DNA of 64,000 nucleotides from Orbicella franksi (Eukaryota): NCBI GenBank assembly GCA_964199315.1, contig OZ116705.1, positions 7,440,001 to 7,504,000 of the forward strand, read 5' to 3'. Shown piece by piece: positions 36,201 to 47,489 of this stretch (position 1 is its first letter; each line of letters starts with the position of its first letter). The notes under the pieces were generated by a model. It saw only the letters and a program-made list of their open reading frames with translations, ran no database searches and was not told where the DNA came from. The position numbers and the translations under genes were made by a program.

Positions 36201-39200
36201 AGGTCCTACTCCATCTACTTCAACACTTTGTGACAAGTCTGTTTGATATCGTCATGTTAAGAGAACAGCAGAGCTTTCAATGCTTTTTGTTAGTTCTGTT
36301 TTCAATGAAATAAGTCTTACAATTTGAAATGACTGTTATGCATCAGATTGTTTCCTTTTATGGTTTAAATGTGAGTTTTATGTCAATATTTTGTATCACT
36401 ATTTAAAACATTGCCATTTGAAAAAACCTACTAGTGTTTAAGCCTCTTTCCTCTCAAACTGTCTGACCTGAGTCGTGGATAATGTTGCTATCGACTGGTT
36501 AAATAACTGTCCACTGGATAATTAATAGACTAGACGCAGTCGCTTGCAATCAGGGATTTGCAATGGAAGAGTTAACATATGATAATAACAACAATATTGA
36601 GTTATTACACATGTTGATACTAATTAATTATATCTCATATTGTGTTCTTTACTTTTGTTTTGTCAGTAACCTTGCACCTCTGATGTTAAGCACTTACACA
36701 ATCTTTGGTATTTGCAAGGAGTAACAGTTAGAACAAAAAGTGTTCTTAGGCACCCATAACTTGCACAAAACTTTTGGCTGTACTGTGATAGTTACTGCTC
36801 AGTGGTACAAATACTAATAATAGGGTTAGATCAAGTCGGAAAAAAAGTTTGGAAAACATTTTCAAGTTCCTGGAAAACTCAGGAACTTACGCCGTAAGAA
36901 TCTGTTCAAAGGAATCTTGATCTCTCATCATAGTCATGGACTTTATTAAAACATTTATTACGACAGTTGCTTATAGTAGCAGTTGATAGCAGTCCAAAAT
37001 AACCCTGTATAGTTAGACCAGATTTCTGTAGGCAGAGATATTAATAATGCTTTCCATTAAATCAAGAGATTTATAATCGTGTCAAAGTAAATGTTATTCA
37101 ATTTAAAGGAGGAAGTTTGACCAACTCCAAACAAAATACTGTACTGTTTATTTCTTAGTGGCTCTTAAGTTTTGTTAATATGTCTCAAGTGATGTTAATC
37201 TGTGTAAGATAAAATGTTGTTACTTGTGTTATTTCTTACCGCAAGTCATATTGCTGTAAACATTGTGTTGCAGGACTTTAAAGTCACTGATTTATGAAAT
37301 ATATTTTTTTATACAGTTCTTTTTCTCTAAGAAATAATTCCTGTTAACCTAATGGCATAAATTCCAGTTAACAAAATCGAATTGCGAATTGTGTTAAAAA
37401 AGGCACACTAATAATGAAATGACAATGCTGTAATAGTAATAATACTTCAATATTAAATTATGACTATGAATGGTAACCATGTTGAATGTTGATACAAGGT
37501 CTTAGATTTTTTAAACATGACTTTAATTAATCAAGGCACTTTTAAGTTAACACTGTATTTCCTCAATATAAAGCCCCTTTGATAATTTCGCGTTAGAGGC
37601 GTAAAATTGAAATATAACCCTCCCCCCCCCCCCCGAGTTTCCTTTAGCATAACTGTAATTATGAGTTTGAAGAATGAAGAAATTCTATAGAGTTTTTAAA
37701 TTGCTCTAAAATAAATTGTTTCAAGTAAAAGTCTCAAATTTCATTTTGACCCTGATAGAGGACCTGCATGAAAACTAACTAGCGCTGATGTGACTTCCTT
37801 TCAAATTTATTTCTTAAACTTTTTTTTGCGAAAGTCTGGAAGGGAAGATGTGAATTTTTGAAATAACCACCCGTGGGTTTTAATTGAGGAAATGTAGTAT
37901 TGTAAACCTGCAGGTAAATAAACGTGTGAGATAATTCTGTCTTTAGCAGACGGTCGACCTAGGTATGGCTCGTGCAGCAGTAGTGACGCTCTTGTGACGA
38001 TGTTCTCATCCAGTAATATTCACTGTTCTATTGTGCATCCAAGAAAACGAGCTAATTCAACCTCGCTTTGGGGTGGTAAGTGAAAGTGGGGAGCATCAAC
38101 AACCTTAAAAGTTCTAAACTTGAATTAATTACAAATATAGAATGAAGGCATTTCAGCTAATTTTGTAAACTTATTAAGTTAACGTTTAATAGTCAACCTT
38201 AATTCTTACTTGTAAAACTGGCCAGCGTGAGATTCTTTGTTATTGCAAATTTTATGGAGATAACAAATATAATGACTAAATTAAAGTGGAAGTAATTGCT
38301 TAGTTTTAACTTTAAAAAGTCACAAAAAGGGATAATTAATTGCTTACTAACCTGAGAGAATTTGATATTCAGTTGTAATATTTGTTAAATGTAATAAGCT
38401 ACAAAATTGTATAATGAAAAACGTAAAACTTTGTAATTCTCGCCGCTTAGTAAGTAGGCAACTTTAGGTCTTTACAAACATTGTACAAAGCACAGAAGTT
38501 AGTTTATAAGTAAATGAGCCTGCAGCAATTTTTAATTAATCGAAAATATGAACAGGACTTGTGTTGGTTTCTATAATAAATAGTTCGCAGAGCCTACATA
38601 AGAAGGCTTTTCTGTTTGTAGGCTTAGCACTTTCCTCCGCTCGAGTAAGACTCCCTGATGACGTACTCAACAAAGTGACGTATAGTGATTGGTTGTTATT
38701 AGCGCGGGAAAATTCAAAATCGAGCATTAACCAATCAGAGACGCCACATGGACCTCTATAGAGCCACGTTATCAGAATTGAAGATTTCGGGCCCAGTCTT
38801 CAGACGTTTCTCGAGCGGGAAAGTACTGAATCGCGGGAAGAGGGAGATGTGTTTTCTAAAGTTATTCTGGAAGGCGTTGCTTTGTTTAGTGAGTATTTTA
38901 TACTAACGTAGTTACCTTCGTTGCATTATTTGCAGATGAAAACGCACTGTTAGCTTTACAGCAAGACGGGGAGAGACCTTGCATTGCGTAAGTTGTGATT
39001 ATTAAATTGTTTTTGTCATGAGTAAAAGTTTCACAATCGATCATTCGATTAACTGAAAAGTTTAGCCTAAATTTTTTCAAGTTCGTCGTTTGTAATCCAT
39101 GTTTGTTTTCTCCATCCTCAACTATCCTTGTTCCTTTATGGTTTATTATTATCTCTTTGGTGTTTTTCTATCTTAGTGAACTATTATTTTGAGGTTTCCT

Positions 39201-42200
39201 TCCCTGAAAAGGTACTTTTTTTCGTGGACAGAATAACTCAAAATACCGTGACTGAGCGACTCGCTCCCCACGATCTTTACTGATTTAATGACTTGTCCTT
39301 CAATCCCCAATGTTTTTCCTTCATCTTAATTTCAGTGTTATCACTGTCATCGTGAATTCGGCTGAATGAACCCCTTTATTAAAAACTGTTTTAGCCGTCA
39401 CATAAACGGTACAGAATATTAGCTACCTGAACTACATGTAAACTTTCTTCAAAAATGTATAGCAATCCTTTTTTTGTCGTACTGCTGCAACGAAGGTCTG
39501 TCGTTCAGACGATATATTTTTTAAAGTTATCTACAGTTTTCTGGGAAGTCTGTGGAAAAACTCTAAGAGAAAGGGAAAAAATCATTGATCGATGAGAACT
39601 CTTGTTACACAAGACTGCTGAATGAGTTGCTAATTGTTAGATGAGGTTTTGTCAAATTCCGAACTGCGAGGAATTTCGCACTTGTCTCTTTTGTGCCGTC
39701 ATACGTTTAACTCATACAGATTTTACTCTAAATTAACTTACTGCTTGTATTTCACAGGTTGACTAATGCTCAAAAACTGGCCATTCGTCTCATTCGTATC
39801 TTAAAGCTCAGGGTAGCGATTAGAAAATTCAAGGTGAGAGAACTTTTCTTTATAATTGCGCAGCGGAATAAACGAGTTTTCTACCTCACTCGATACAGTG
39901 GTGCATAATCGCCAAATGTTGAATTTACACCTAGATAGTTCACAGGCATGCCACTTAAACTGAAAGAAAGAACTTGGCTATTTACAAGCGTGACCGAGGA
40001 GCTGAACCAGAATCTACCGAGAAATAACTCCGGCTTAGTGGTCAGAGCGGGACTTGAACCCGCGACCTCCGCTTTCAAGTCCGGCGCCCTAACCACTCAG
40101 CCACGCTAAGGTAATTAAATAACAAAATACAACTCCTTTCATATCTTGAATTTATTTACTGTTTTTGCAGGAAGCAAGAAGACCTTACGATGTTAAGGAT
40201 GTGATAGAGCAATACTCAGCAGGGCATGTAGAGATGTTAGCAAGAGTGAAGAATCTACAGGCCAAGTAAGTCAGTACTCAGCTATACTGTGTGAATGCGA
40301 GCTGACATAACCAGCCATTCTCTTGTCGCTCGTTCCATTCCGCGCCGCTTGACAGTTTGTGTATTGTTTAGCGTCTTTGATTGACCACTACAGGTGGTAA
40401 CAACCAATCACCGATCTCTTTAGTTCGACGTCATCAGTTTGAATTTTCAGGCGTACCTCAAGCATGGGAATGGATAGGCCGTGCGCCCAGTAAGAGAAAT
40501 AAGTTTGCAGACATTGATTATCAGCCGGCGAATTCCGAAGGATTTCTAAAATATCACTACCGGGATTGGTGTTTTTCACATTAATATTCTTTTGTAGTCT
40601 GTGTTGACATGTTTGTCTCCTTTCTTTCATTCTAGGATGGACAAAGTTTTTAACAACACGATCGAGGGAGGAGGTAGGTTTTTACGCTAATTTTGCATGA
40701 AGACTTTAATGTGGATAAATGTTAGTTAGGCTAAATTAAACGCGAGAAAATATTGCAGGTCAACAGTTTCCCGCAGGGTTGTATGTAGGGTGGCCGGGTG
40801 GAAGGGAGTTGTGCAGGGCTTCTTGTAGTTTACAGCTCTGCCGCCGATGTCAATTCATTTCATGTGTTTTTCGCTGCCGGACTGTGTTCGTAGAGCTTTT
40901 CTCCCTGCTCACCCCTCCCTCTTCTCATAAGTATTTTTCTTTCTACTGTTTGTTCAGTGCGATGTTGTCTGGTGGTTGCTGATCACACGGTTTTCATGGG
41001 TACCCTATGCGCTCGGCTCAGATTTCTCGTGGCTCCACCTTCCCATCTATTGTTCAGTAATGAGTTAAACAGTGTTTTGAAAATTCGAGACGCGGTGAAT
41101 CCATCATTTCATGGTCGACTAGAAATCGCAACCAAACCTTGCCCGTGCTGCAATGATCCTTTTACGTACTGGTTTGCTCTTTTCACTGGCCTCAGACTTA
41201 CATGTATCTGCATCCTTTGATAAATTTTTTTGTTTTGCAGACCACGCAAGCTCGGGGAAACAAGGAATAAGCCACAGACTCACCCGGGTGGAACATCAGG
41301 TAAACAAACAGATAAATTTATGGGAAGAGTATCGTTCAGGTAAAAAAAGTCCACATAGCAAATTCTTTGAAGCACCGGTTTTTATTAACCAGTAAAAACA
41401 GCCCGAGCATTCGCGACTACTCCACAAGTTTTTACGTCGGCATGACGTCATATCATTGCGTCATGTTCCCTGACAACTTAACTGACGTCAATTCATTCTT
41501 GTAGACAAAAGTTGTTTACCATTAACCATGTTTAATTCCGGAAATTTCGGTCAGAATGTAAATGGTAAGACAATTTTGACACGACCAGCCGGAAAATTTC
41601 CGCAATATACGGAATGTCAGTTAAAAATTTCCAACCGAAATTTCCGAATGAAAAATGTCGTTACCATTTGCAGTTCTTCACCAGTTCCAGCCGCCATCTT
41701 TAAATTATGATCAGGTCGAACACATCTTCGGCTCTTTCGGTAAATTGGGGGTTGTTATAAGTAAATGGTCAATGGCCAATCCGGACGAAACGTATCACCA
41801 GGGATTTTGCTTACTATTTGCACAAACCGTTGACGGACAGGTTTCTTCGCTTAAAAGGTAAACCAGGATTTCTGTGGACCGTGAATTTTGTGCCTGTTGT
41901 TTTTCGTTGGATCTAAAACACGTACGAGTCCGGGAATAACCGTAATAAATTTGTATTTCAGTTATTGAAAAGTGGAAAATGCGAATTACATCTAGTTAAA
42001 TACTGCAGTGGTATGTGTATGGTAACGTGACATTTTGGACATTTGACAAAAGCACCAAGTCGACAGCTTACAGCAACTGTCTTTTAAACCTGAGTAAACA
42101 AGTCGACTCTTACCTCGCTCGAAAGAAACAACCGAGACTGGAAGTGTTTCCCCCATAAGAAGGTGGTGTAAGGGCCCATACAGCCGGAGCACATCTCGTT

Positions 42201-43486
42201 TTGTGTAGCACCAAGCGACTGTTTGACACAGCTCTGCAAAAAAACGTGTACTGTATTTTGATTGCGTGATGTCAGTTTCGTTCCCAGGGTCTCTCTTCCC
42301 GCCGTCGAGAGAGATCCTGGGAACGAAGATGGCTGGTTCCAAAAATTCAAAGCCAACGGCAGCAATTAATCAGAGATAGCTCCATGATCTCGAGCGAGGG
42401 AAAGATGAGCTTCCAAGTAGAGATGTATGTTTGCTCAGGTTTTCTTACTACATGTTACGTGCGTTTGTTGTCATTTCATTCTGTTTAATTTTTCAGGTGA
42501 CCGTGATTGACTCGAAACTGGAATTAGTGCTGCAGATGTTACAGAATATTCAGAACACACGAGGCTCTCCTTCAGGGGGTAGCCACTCGTACGACTTGCA
42601 TTTTCGCGGTAACGGCGACGGCGTATCTTCCAGGCGTTCATCTGTGTCACGCGCGCACTCAGATCCGTTAGACGTCAGAACGCAAATAAGCTCAGAAGCG
42701 CACGGCGTGACTACTCACGTGGTGCGCAACTCAGACATTCCTTGCGTGACTCTTAGCGATCCTGAATCGTTTCCAAGTACGGGTTCACGGCCGCTGTCGC
42801 TGAGTTCTGTGCACTCGCAGTCGTTACACGGGAGTGTTTCTGGCGGAGAGCAACATCAAAACGTGGACCAGATAGACAACGTTTGCCTCAGTGATCCCGG
42901 CGCTCTTAGCGCACCGCTTCTGTCACGCATTCTTATTAACGACAAGAGACAGTTGTCTGACGTGACTGAAGAGAGTCTTGGTGATTCGAAAGAAAATGTA
43001 GGCGGTTTGACACCCCCCGGACCAATATCTCAACAGAACTCGACCGCGTCTGATTGTGAGCCGGGTCCGGGGAGTGCAGATAGCTCCTTGACTGAACAAA
43101 AAGATGAAGAACCAGTTTGGGAAAAACAAGATACAGGTTTAGAATCTCGACGGCGGAAAAGGAGTCTTTTAAATTTAGGAGAAACGGAGACAAAGTTGCC
43201 AGATGATGAAGAGACATGGGACGCCAAAAATCCCTCCGATACAGGCCAAGAAAAAGATCCAGAGACATGGAATGTTGCAGAACTGTACACAGGGACACCA
43301 GAGCGAAGAGATTCTCCCAGCGGAGACAAGGGCACTTCACGGAAGAATGCCCAAGGACAGTCTGACGGTGAGCCTTCTTCTCGTGCGGTTGAAGAAGGAC
43401 ATTATGATTCGTCAGTTAGGTCTGCGCCGACGAGGATGTCGGCAAAGAGGCGTCCTCTGGTGAAATCGAATCCTGTGGAGGTCTAG
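23139..43486 (+). CDS. KCNQ: KCNQ (Kv7) voltage-gated K+ channel, 15 coding exons, ~897 aa
   Basis: All junctions are GT-AG with matching phases; summed CDS is 2694 nt. Motifs: [83 protein letters not shown]. Confidence 0.95.
27583..27685 (+). CDS. KCNQ: KCNQ exon 2 (S1)
   Basis: ttgcag|A TTT TTC...[17 protein letters not shown]...GTG|gtgagt. Confidence 0.92.
28247..28373 (+). CDS. KCNQ: KCNQ exon 3 (S2, S2-S3 linker)
   Basis: [42 protein letters not shown]. Confidence 0.95.
29516..30308. mobile_element. Tc1/mariner-type (pogo-like) MITE
   Basis: TA|cagtagaacctcgatttaacgaa ... ttcgttaaattgaggttccactg|TA. Confidence 0.88.
31076..31145 (+). CDS. KCNQ: KCNQ exon 4 (S3)
   Basis: [24 protein letters not shown], phase 1 to 2. 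Confidence 0.9.
31310..31800 (-). mobile_element. 3' fragment of an L2/CR1-group non-LTR retrotransposon
   Basis: [10 protein letters not shown]...HVLYDLLP...[18 protein letters not shown], then a UTR with repeated aataaagac. Confidence 0.8.
31990..32086 (+). CDS. KCNQ: KCNQ exon 5 (S4, S4-S5 linker)
   Basis: [32 protein letters not shown]. Confidence 0.95.
32448..32573 (+). CDS. KCNQ: KCNQ exon 6 (S5, pore helix)
   Basis: [42 protein letters not shown]. Confidence 0.95.
32609..32775. repeat. Compound pyrimidine microsatellite (CCAT/CTGT/CCCT)
   Basis: Directly visible; it explains the three spurious overlapping ORFs here. Confidence 0.9.
32890..33470 (-). mobile_element. tRNA-SINE split by a ~320-bp MITE (33077-33394)
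   Basis: The SINE reads gagagt|aaagtgtctt across the insertion (intact at ~450-470). A related MITE fragment is at ~22170-22315. Confidence 0.75.
33689..33832. repeat. 69-bp tandem duplication
   Basis: aattatctc at 33689 and 33758, partial copy at 33827. Confidence 0.93.
33851..33961 (+). CDS. KCNQ: KCNQ exon 7 (selectivity filter, S6)
   Basis: [37 protein letters not shown]. Confidence 0.97.
34547..34642 (+). CDS. KCNQ: KCNQ exon 8 (end of S6, helix A)
   Basis: [32 protein letters not shown]. Confidence 0.96.
35221..35539 (+). CDS. KCNQ: KCNQ exon 9 (IQ motif, A-B linker)
   Basis: ctgaag|SYWRLFCAD...DYYF G|gtgaga. Confidence 0.88.
38936..38987 (+). CDS. KCNQ: KCNQ exon 10 (52 nt)
   Basis: TACTAAC branch point at 38901, tgcag acceptor, gtaagt donor. 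Supplies the phase 1 to 2 bridge needed between exons 9 and 11. Confidence 0.8.
39758..39833 (+). CDS. KCNQ: KCNQ exon 11 (helix B)
   Basis: [25 protein letters not shown]. Confidence 0.93.
39880..40110 (-). mobile_element. tRNA-derived SINE
   Basis: A box TGGCTGAGTGG, B box GGTTCAAGTCC, followed by a non-tRNA body. Confidence 0.75.
40171..40265 (+). CDS. KCNQ: KCNQ exon 12 (helix C)
   Basis: [31 protein letters not shown]. Confidence 0.96.
40636..40673 (+). CDS. KCNQ: KCNQ exon 13 (38 nt)
   Basis: tctag|G ATG GAC AAA...G|gtaggt, phase 2 to 1. Confidence 0.8.
41241..41299 (+). CDS. KCNQ: KCNQ exon 14 (start of helix D)
   Basis: [20 protein letters not shown]|gtaaac. Confidence 0.87.
42497..43486 (+). 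CDS. KCNQ: KCNQ exon 15 (helix D + long low-complexity tail)
   Basis: tttcag|[15 protein letters not shown]...NPVEV*; lies within ORF 42431..43486. Confidence 0.92.
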   Translation: MTVIDSKLELVLQMLQNIQNTRGSPSGGSHSYDLHFRGNGDGVSSRRSSVSRAHSDPLDVRTQISSEAHGVTTHVVRNSDIPCVTLSDPESFPSTGSRPLSLSSVHSQSLHGSVSGGEQHQNVDQIDNVCLSDPGALSAPLLSRILINDKRQLSDVTEESLGDSKENVGGLTPPGPISQQNSTASDCEPGPGSADSSLTEQKDEEPVWEKQDTGLESRRRKRSLLNLGETETKLPDDEETWDAKNPSDTGQEKDPETWNVAELYTGTPERRDSPSGDKGTSRKNAQGQSDGEPSSRAVEEGHYDSSVRSAPTRMSAKRRPLVKSNPVEV

Positions 43487-46202
43487 AACGCGTTGAAATT
43501 CAAAATGCCAAGAATATATGACCAGACTTGGGCAATGATCATCCAGGGATTTTCATCAGCAATTATCCCGCTTTTAGAAACTGCGCCTTAAAGAGTATCA
43601 ACTCCAACAGTGATTTCGCGAAGCCCAGTCGAGGACTAGATTAGAAGAGTTTCCGATTGTTTTGTCGTCCAATAAGAAATTGCAAGAGCCCTACGGGATT
43701 TCCTTCGCCGGGATTCCGACTGTTACAAAGGGAACTGGGCTCGACAATTCTCGCAGATGATTAGTACTTCTTCCCCTGATTGCCTGCTCCGGTCGAAAGA
43801 AAACGTGAGAGGAATAAGGAGAATAATAACGCGCCATTTTTCCTTATCGCTCAATATCTACTCACTCTTTTATGTAGAAAAAGGAACACCTCAGGTTTTA
43901 AGTAAATTTCAAGAAAACAAATTCCGCTAAAGATCGAGTATTGCCTCGACACGCAACAAGACAAAAGTTCTTCGCAAACAAAAAATTTCTTAGCTCCAAG
44001 TAATTTTAGCAATGACTTAAAGCACCACAAGAAATCTTCTTGATGAAAGATTTCTCTGAAGCTGGACTCTTAGGTGGTGCGATTCTTAATGATTTTTTTT
44101 TTTTTGAAGGCACTGATTTTTGGCGCACAATTGCTTGTGGATAGCATTGCTTTTCGCGAACAAAATATCGCTATGAAGGAGTTGACATGGCCGCCGTTGC
44201 GCGCGTTTTATAGGGCAGTAATTTTGAACGCTGTTGCGTTAGAACGTTTGCGTTAGTTTTGTCCCTTGACGGGGAGTATTGATGAGAAATTCGCAGATCT
44301 TTTATTTAAGTGCAAGCTGGATTGTTTATTTGTTTTACCAAATGGCTTGTTTTATCAATATTACTGAGATTTTTCTCGTTAAAGGTGTATTTTTATAGAA
44401 ACTTATCTGTATAATAGTGATGGAGATGTACAGTTAAATAAAGCGACTGTGAATAGGAGGATCTTTGTTTACAATATTTGCCTCATTAGCATAAGCGATA
44501 ACATTTCTGAAGGAGCTACACAACGTTATATCTAAATATGGAAAGGGCACAGCACGATTAACTGTAGCGCGATGTGTTGATTACTTTTTGTGCGACGCGG
44601 GTTTAAAAACTCAAAATTTTACAAAGAATGTTTAAGTCTATTAGCGCTTGTGGCACCCAGAAAGAGCCAAACATTTCACCAATTACTAAGTTTCACAAGC
44701 TCTGGAGTCAACTTGCATCAACGTCGTATGTTTATGAGCAAAAATGTAAAACAATGGCGACAAAAAGTACATGTTAGTACCCAGACTTCCCCTACCCTCC
44801 GACTCATCTCATGGGGTGCTTTCCAAGTTCCAGTTTGTATTTCCGCAAATTACCAGTGGAAATGGCCAATTTCCGGATTTCTGCGTTGCGCCCGCAGTAT
44901 CAACGTTATTACGCAATGCATATAACTCGTTCATCCGACAAAATGGCCGCCAAGGTTGTCGGGAACTTGCCCGCGCCATAGTTCTCATTAGAGGAGTCGG
45001 TGATGCTCTTCGCCGCGACCGCTTAATCAATAGAGCTTCCACTGGACCTTCAGGAACGTGTTTAAGTGAATATATCCCTTTGTGTTTCTTTACAAAGCTG
45101 GGTGCTTAAAAAGGCGATGAGCAATTCTCTCCATCGATCTGCGGAATGAAGCCAAACCATTTAGAAATTTATATATTTTCTCAAATAATCTCATTCGTCC
45201 TCTTCACTGTCAAGTTTCAAATAGACTGCAGTTCTAAAACAGTTTGAGCTTTTAACCAGTTGTTCCTAGCATTTGTCCTCATAGAGACATTGCGGACATG
45301 CAGTCCCGGGGTATATGCGCATATTCAGGTATATGCGGCTCCAAAAGGTATGGTTTTAACCGTTTCGGTCAGAAATAGGGTATCGATTTTGGCCATTTTG
45401 GTCTCAACATGACGGTATGGTTTAGCACCCTAGTCTTCAATTGTGTGGGGTTTTTTTTTTTTTTTTTTTATAGAAGAAGCTACTTTTTCATCACTTTTTG
45501 ATAAGACAATTAACAAAAACCCTTTACAATACCTTTAACATCGGTCTGACCTAGGAGCTAATTATAAGGCAGGTCAGAAACAGGGTTTTGATTTAAGGAT
45601 CAGGTCATAAATTGTGCATCGAATTTTTGGTCAAGTCATAAATAGGGCAGGAGAATTGCAGATTTTGGCCTTAAATAGGGTAAGGGTTTTAGGAAGCGGA
45701 CCGCATACCCCCACCCCCACCCAATTTTTCTAGTACTACCTCTCCCCTTCGAATATGCAATCACAGCTTATAAGAAATTTTTATATCTAACGGTATTTTA
45801 AATGTATTGCATTGAATATGAATTCATAAAGCAAACAAGAACGTTTCTGGTCATAGTCGCTACTTTGTTTCTTCCATTCCCAACATACTACCCTAATTAA
45901 GTGCGCTAACACATTACTCGCCAATTTAAGTTCTTCTTTACTCGATGTGGACATATCAGCTGTTCAATGGTTGTTGTTTCCCAGCCTTGACCTGTAAAGT
46001 AACATACAAACATTGATTTAAAAAAACGATGTATTCATGATTGATGTTTTGGGATATTTTATCGCAAAATAGACTACAAAAATAACAAAAAGACGCAAAT
46101 TGGGCTGCTTTACAAATACGGATGCTAGCTCACTCGATAACTACTTTTTTTGGAATGCTATGGCCAACCGTACTCCGCTCGGGTTCTGCAAATTTTGAAA
46201 GC

Positions 46203-46450
46203 CGAGGGAGTGTGGATGGCATAGTGGTGAGAGCGCTCGCCTCTCACTGATGTGGCCCGGGCTCGATTCTGGCCCGGTGCCACATTTGGGTTGATTTTGT
46301 TGTTGGTTCTCGCCTTACTCTGAGGTGTTTTCTCCGGGTACTCCGGTTTTCCTGCCTCCTGTGGAACTATCGTTTTCCAATTCCAATTCGATCAGGATAA
46401 AAGATTTTCGTGAAAACCAGCTGGGGCTGATTTGGCTTCCTCTGTAAATA
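46203..46450 (+). mobile_element. tRNA-derived SINE with a V-SINE-like core
   Basis: tggcatagtgg A box, ggctcgattct B box, core tctccgggtactccggttttcc, AT-rich tail. Confidence 0.75.
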
Positions 46451-46540
46451 TTGTAATTTTTATTTATTTTTATTTTTATTTAACAGTTTTCACCAGACGT
46501 AAGACACACGAAACGAAAAGAAGAATGCCAATTTGTTTAC

Positions 46541-46683
46541 TCATTTTGTGGGGTAGCCATGGTAACAGCAAATTAGTCCATGGCACTCTCCCATTCCGTG
46601 TATTTCTCTCTCGCCCCAATCACACTCGGGCTTGCAGACCCCAGATATGCCATGATATATGTAGCACGTATCCCACTCTTCCT
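46541..46683 (-). CDS. Gene B, last coding exon: six-Cys beta-defensin-like domain
   Basis: atctgtcag|AG GAA..., [46 protein letters not shown]. 143 nt, paralogous to 63805-63947. Confidence 0.88.
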
Positions 46684-46987
46684 CTGACAGATATAAAGGA
46701 TTCCAGAGATAAGAAAAAAGGTGTATAATGTATTAACGTATAGCACTCTTGTAAATTGTCTGTTAGTGTACAGTATCCTCGTAGCCCTAGCGCAGTGTGT
46801 TGCTTGGCTATTTATATTAGAGCTGCTTTGACGTTGAATATATAGGTGACCGTGTTTACTTACTAACGAAGATGACTTCAAATTATAAAGTGTATCTCTA
46901 ACTTGCAAAAAAACCAACACCGAACCTAACTGCTATTAAAAACTGATCTTGTGAAAGTATAAAAGCTATAAAGAAAAATTGAAATAC

Positions 46988-47066
46988 CATAATCTTCCAT
47001 TATTGACTTTCCAATCACAGCAACGGCATAAAAGATTAACATGAAGACCACGAATTTTCCTTCCAT
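46988..47066 (-). CDS. Gene B, signal-peptide exon
   Basis: MEGKFVVFMLIFYAVAVIGKSIMEDY G|gtattt. 79 nt, phase 1, paralogous to 57609-57687. Confidence 0.88.
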
Positions 47067-47489
47067 GTTGCTGGCTGTTGCATGAGAGAATAAGGGTTAC
47101 TGTTATATGTCTATTTTGATGTGTGCAAAAAAAGGATAATATTAAATTGTAATATTATTAATATAGAATATAAAGGAACAATAGAAAGCCTTACACAAGC
47201 GAACTTTTGCAAGAGTTAGGAGGGGTAAACGTCTTGCATTGCGCAAGAATTGAGGTCGACAAACTTTAATTTTAAACATGCTCTGTGTCTTATTGTACAG
47301 GGCACTACAGTAAAGTAACAAAACATATGAAACACGTTCACTAGACACCCTTAAGCTCTTGGCAAGATACGGGACTTAATTGGTGCTCTCAGGACGGCAG
47401 CAACATGAATGGTTTTTTTTTTTTTTTTTTCATTCATTCATTCTGTTTTTTTTTTGCCTTTTTACTTAATGTGCAGTATTTATTCATTC

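Noticed and set aside
40040-40110. tRNA gene (TGA-anticodon-like loop)
   Set aside because: A and B boxes are present but I see no paired acceptor stem, and the sequence continues into a repeat body, so it is a SINE head.
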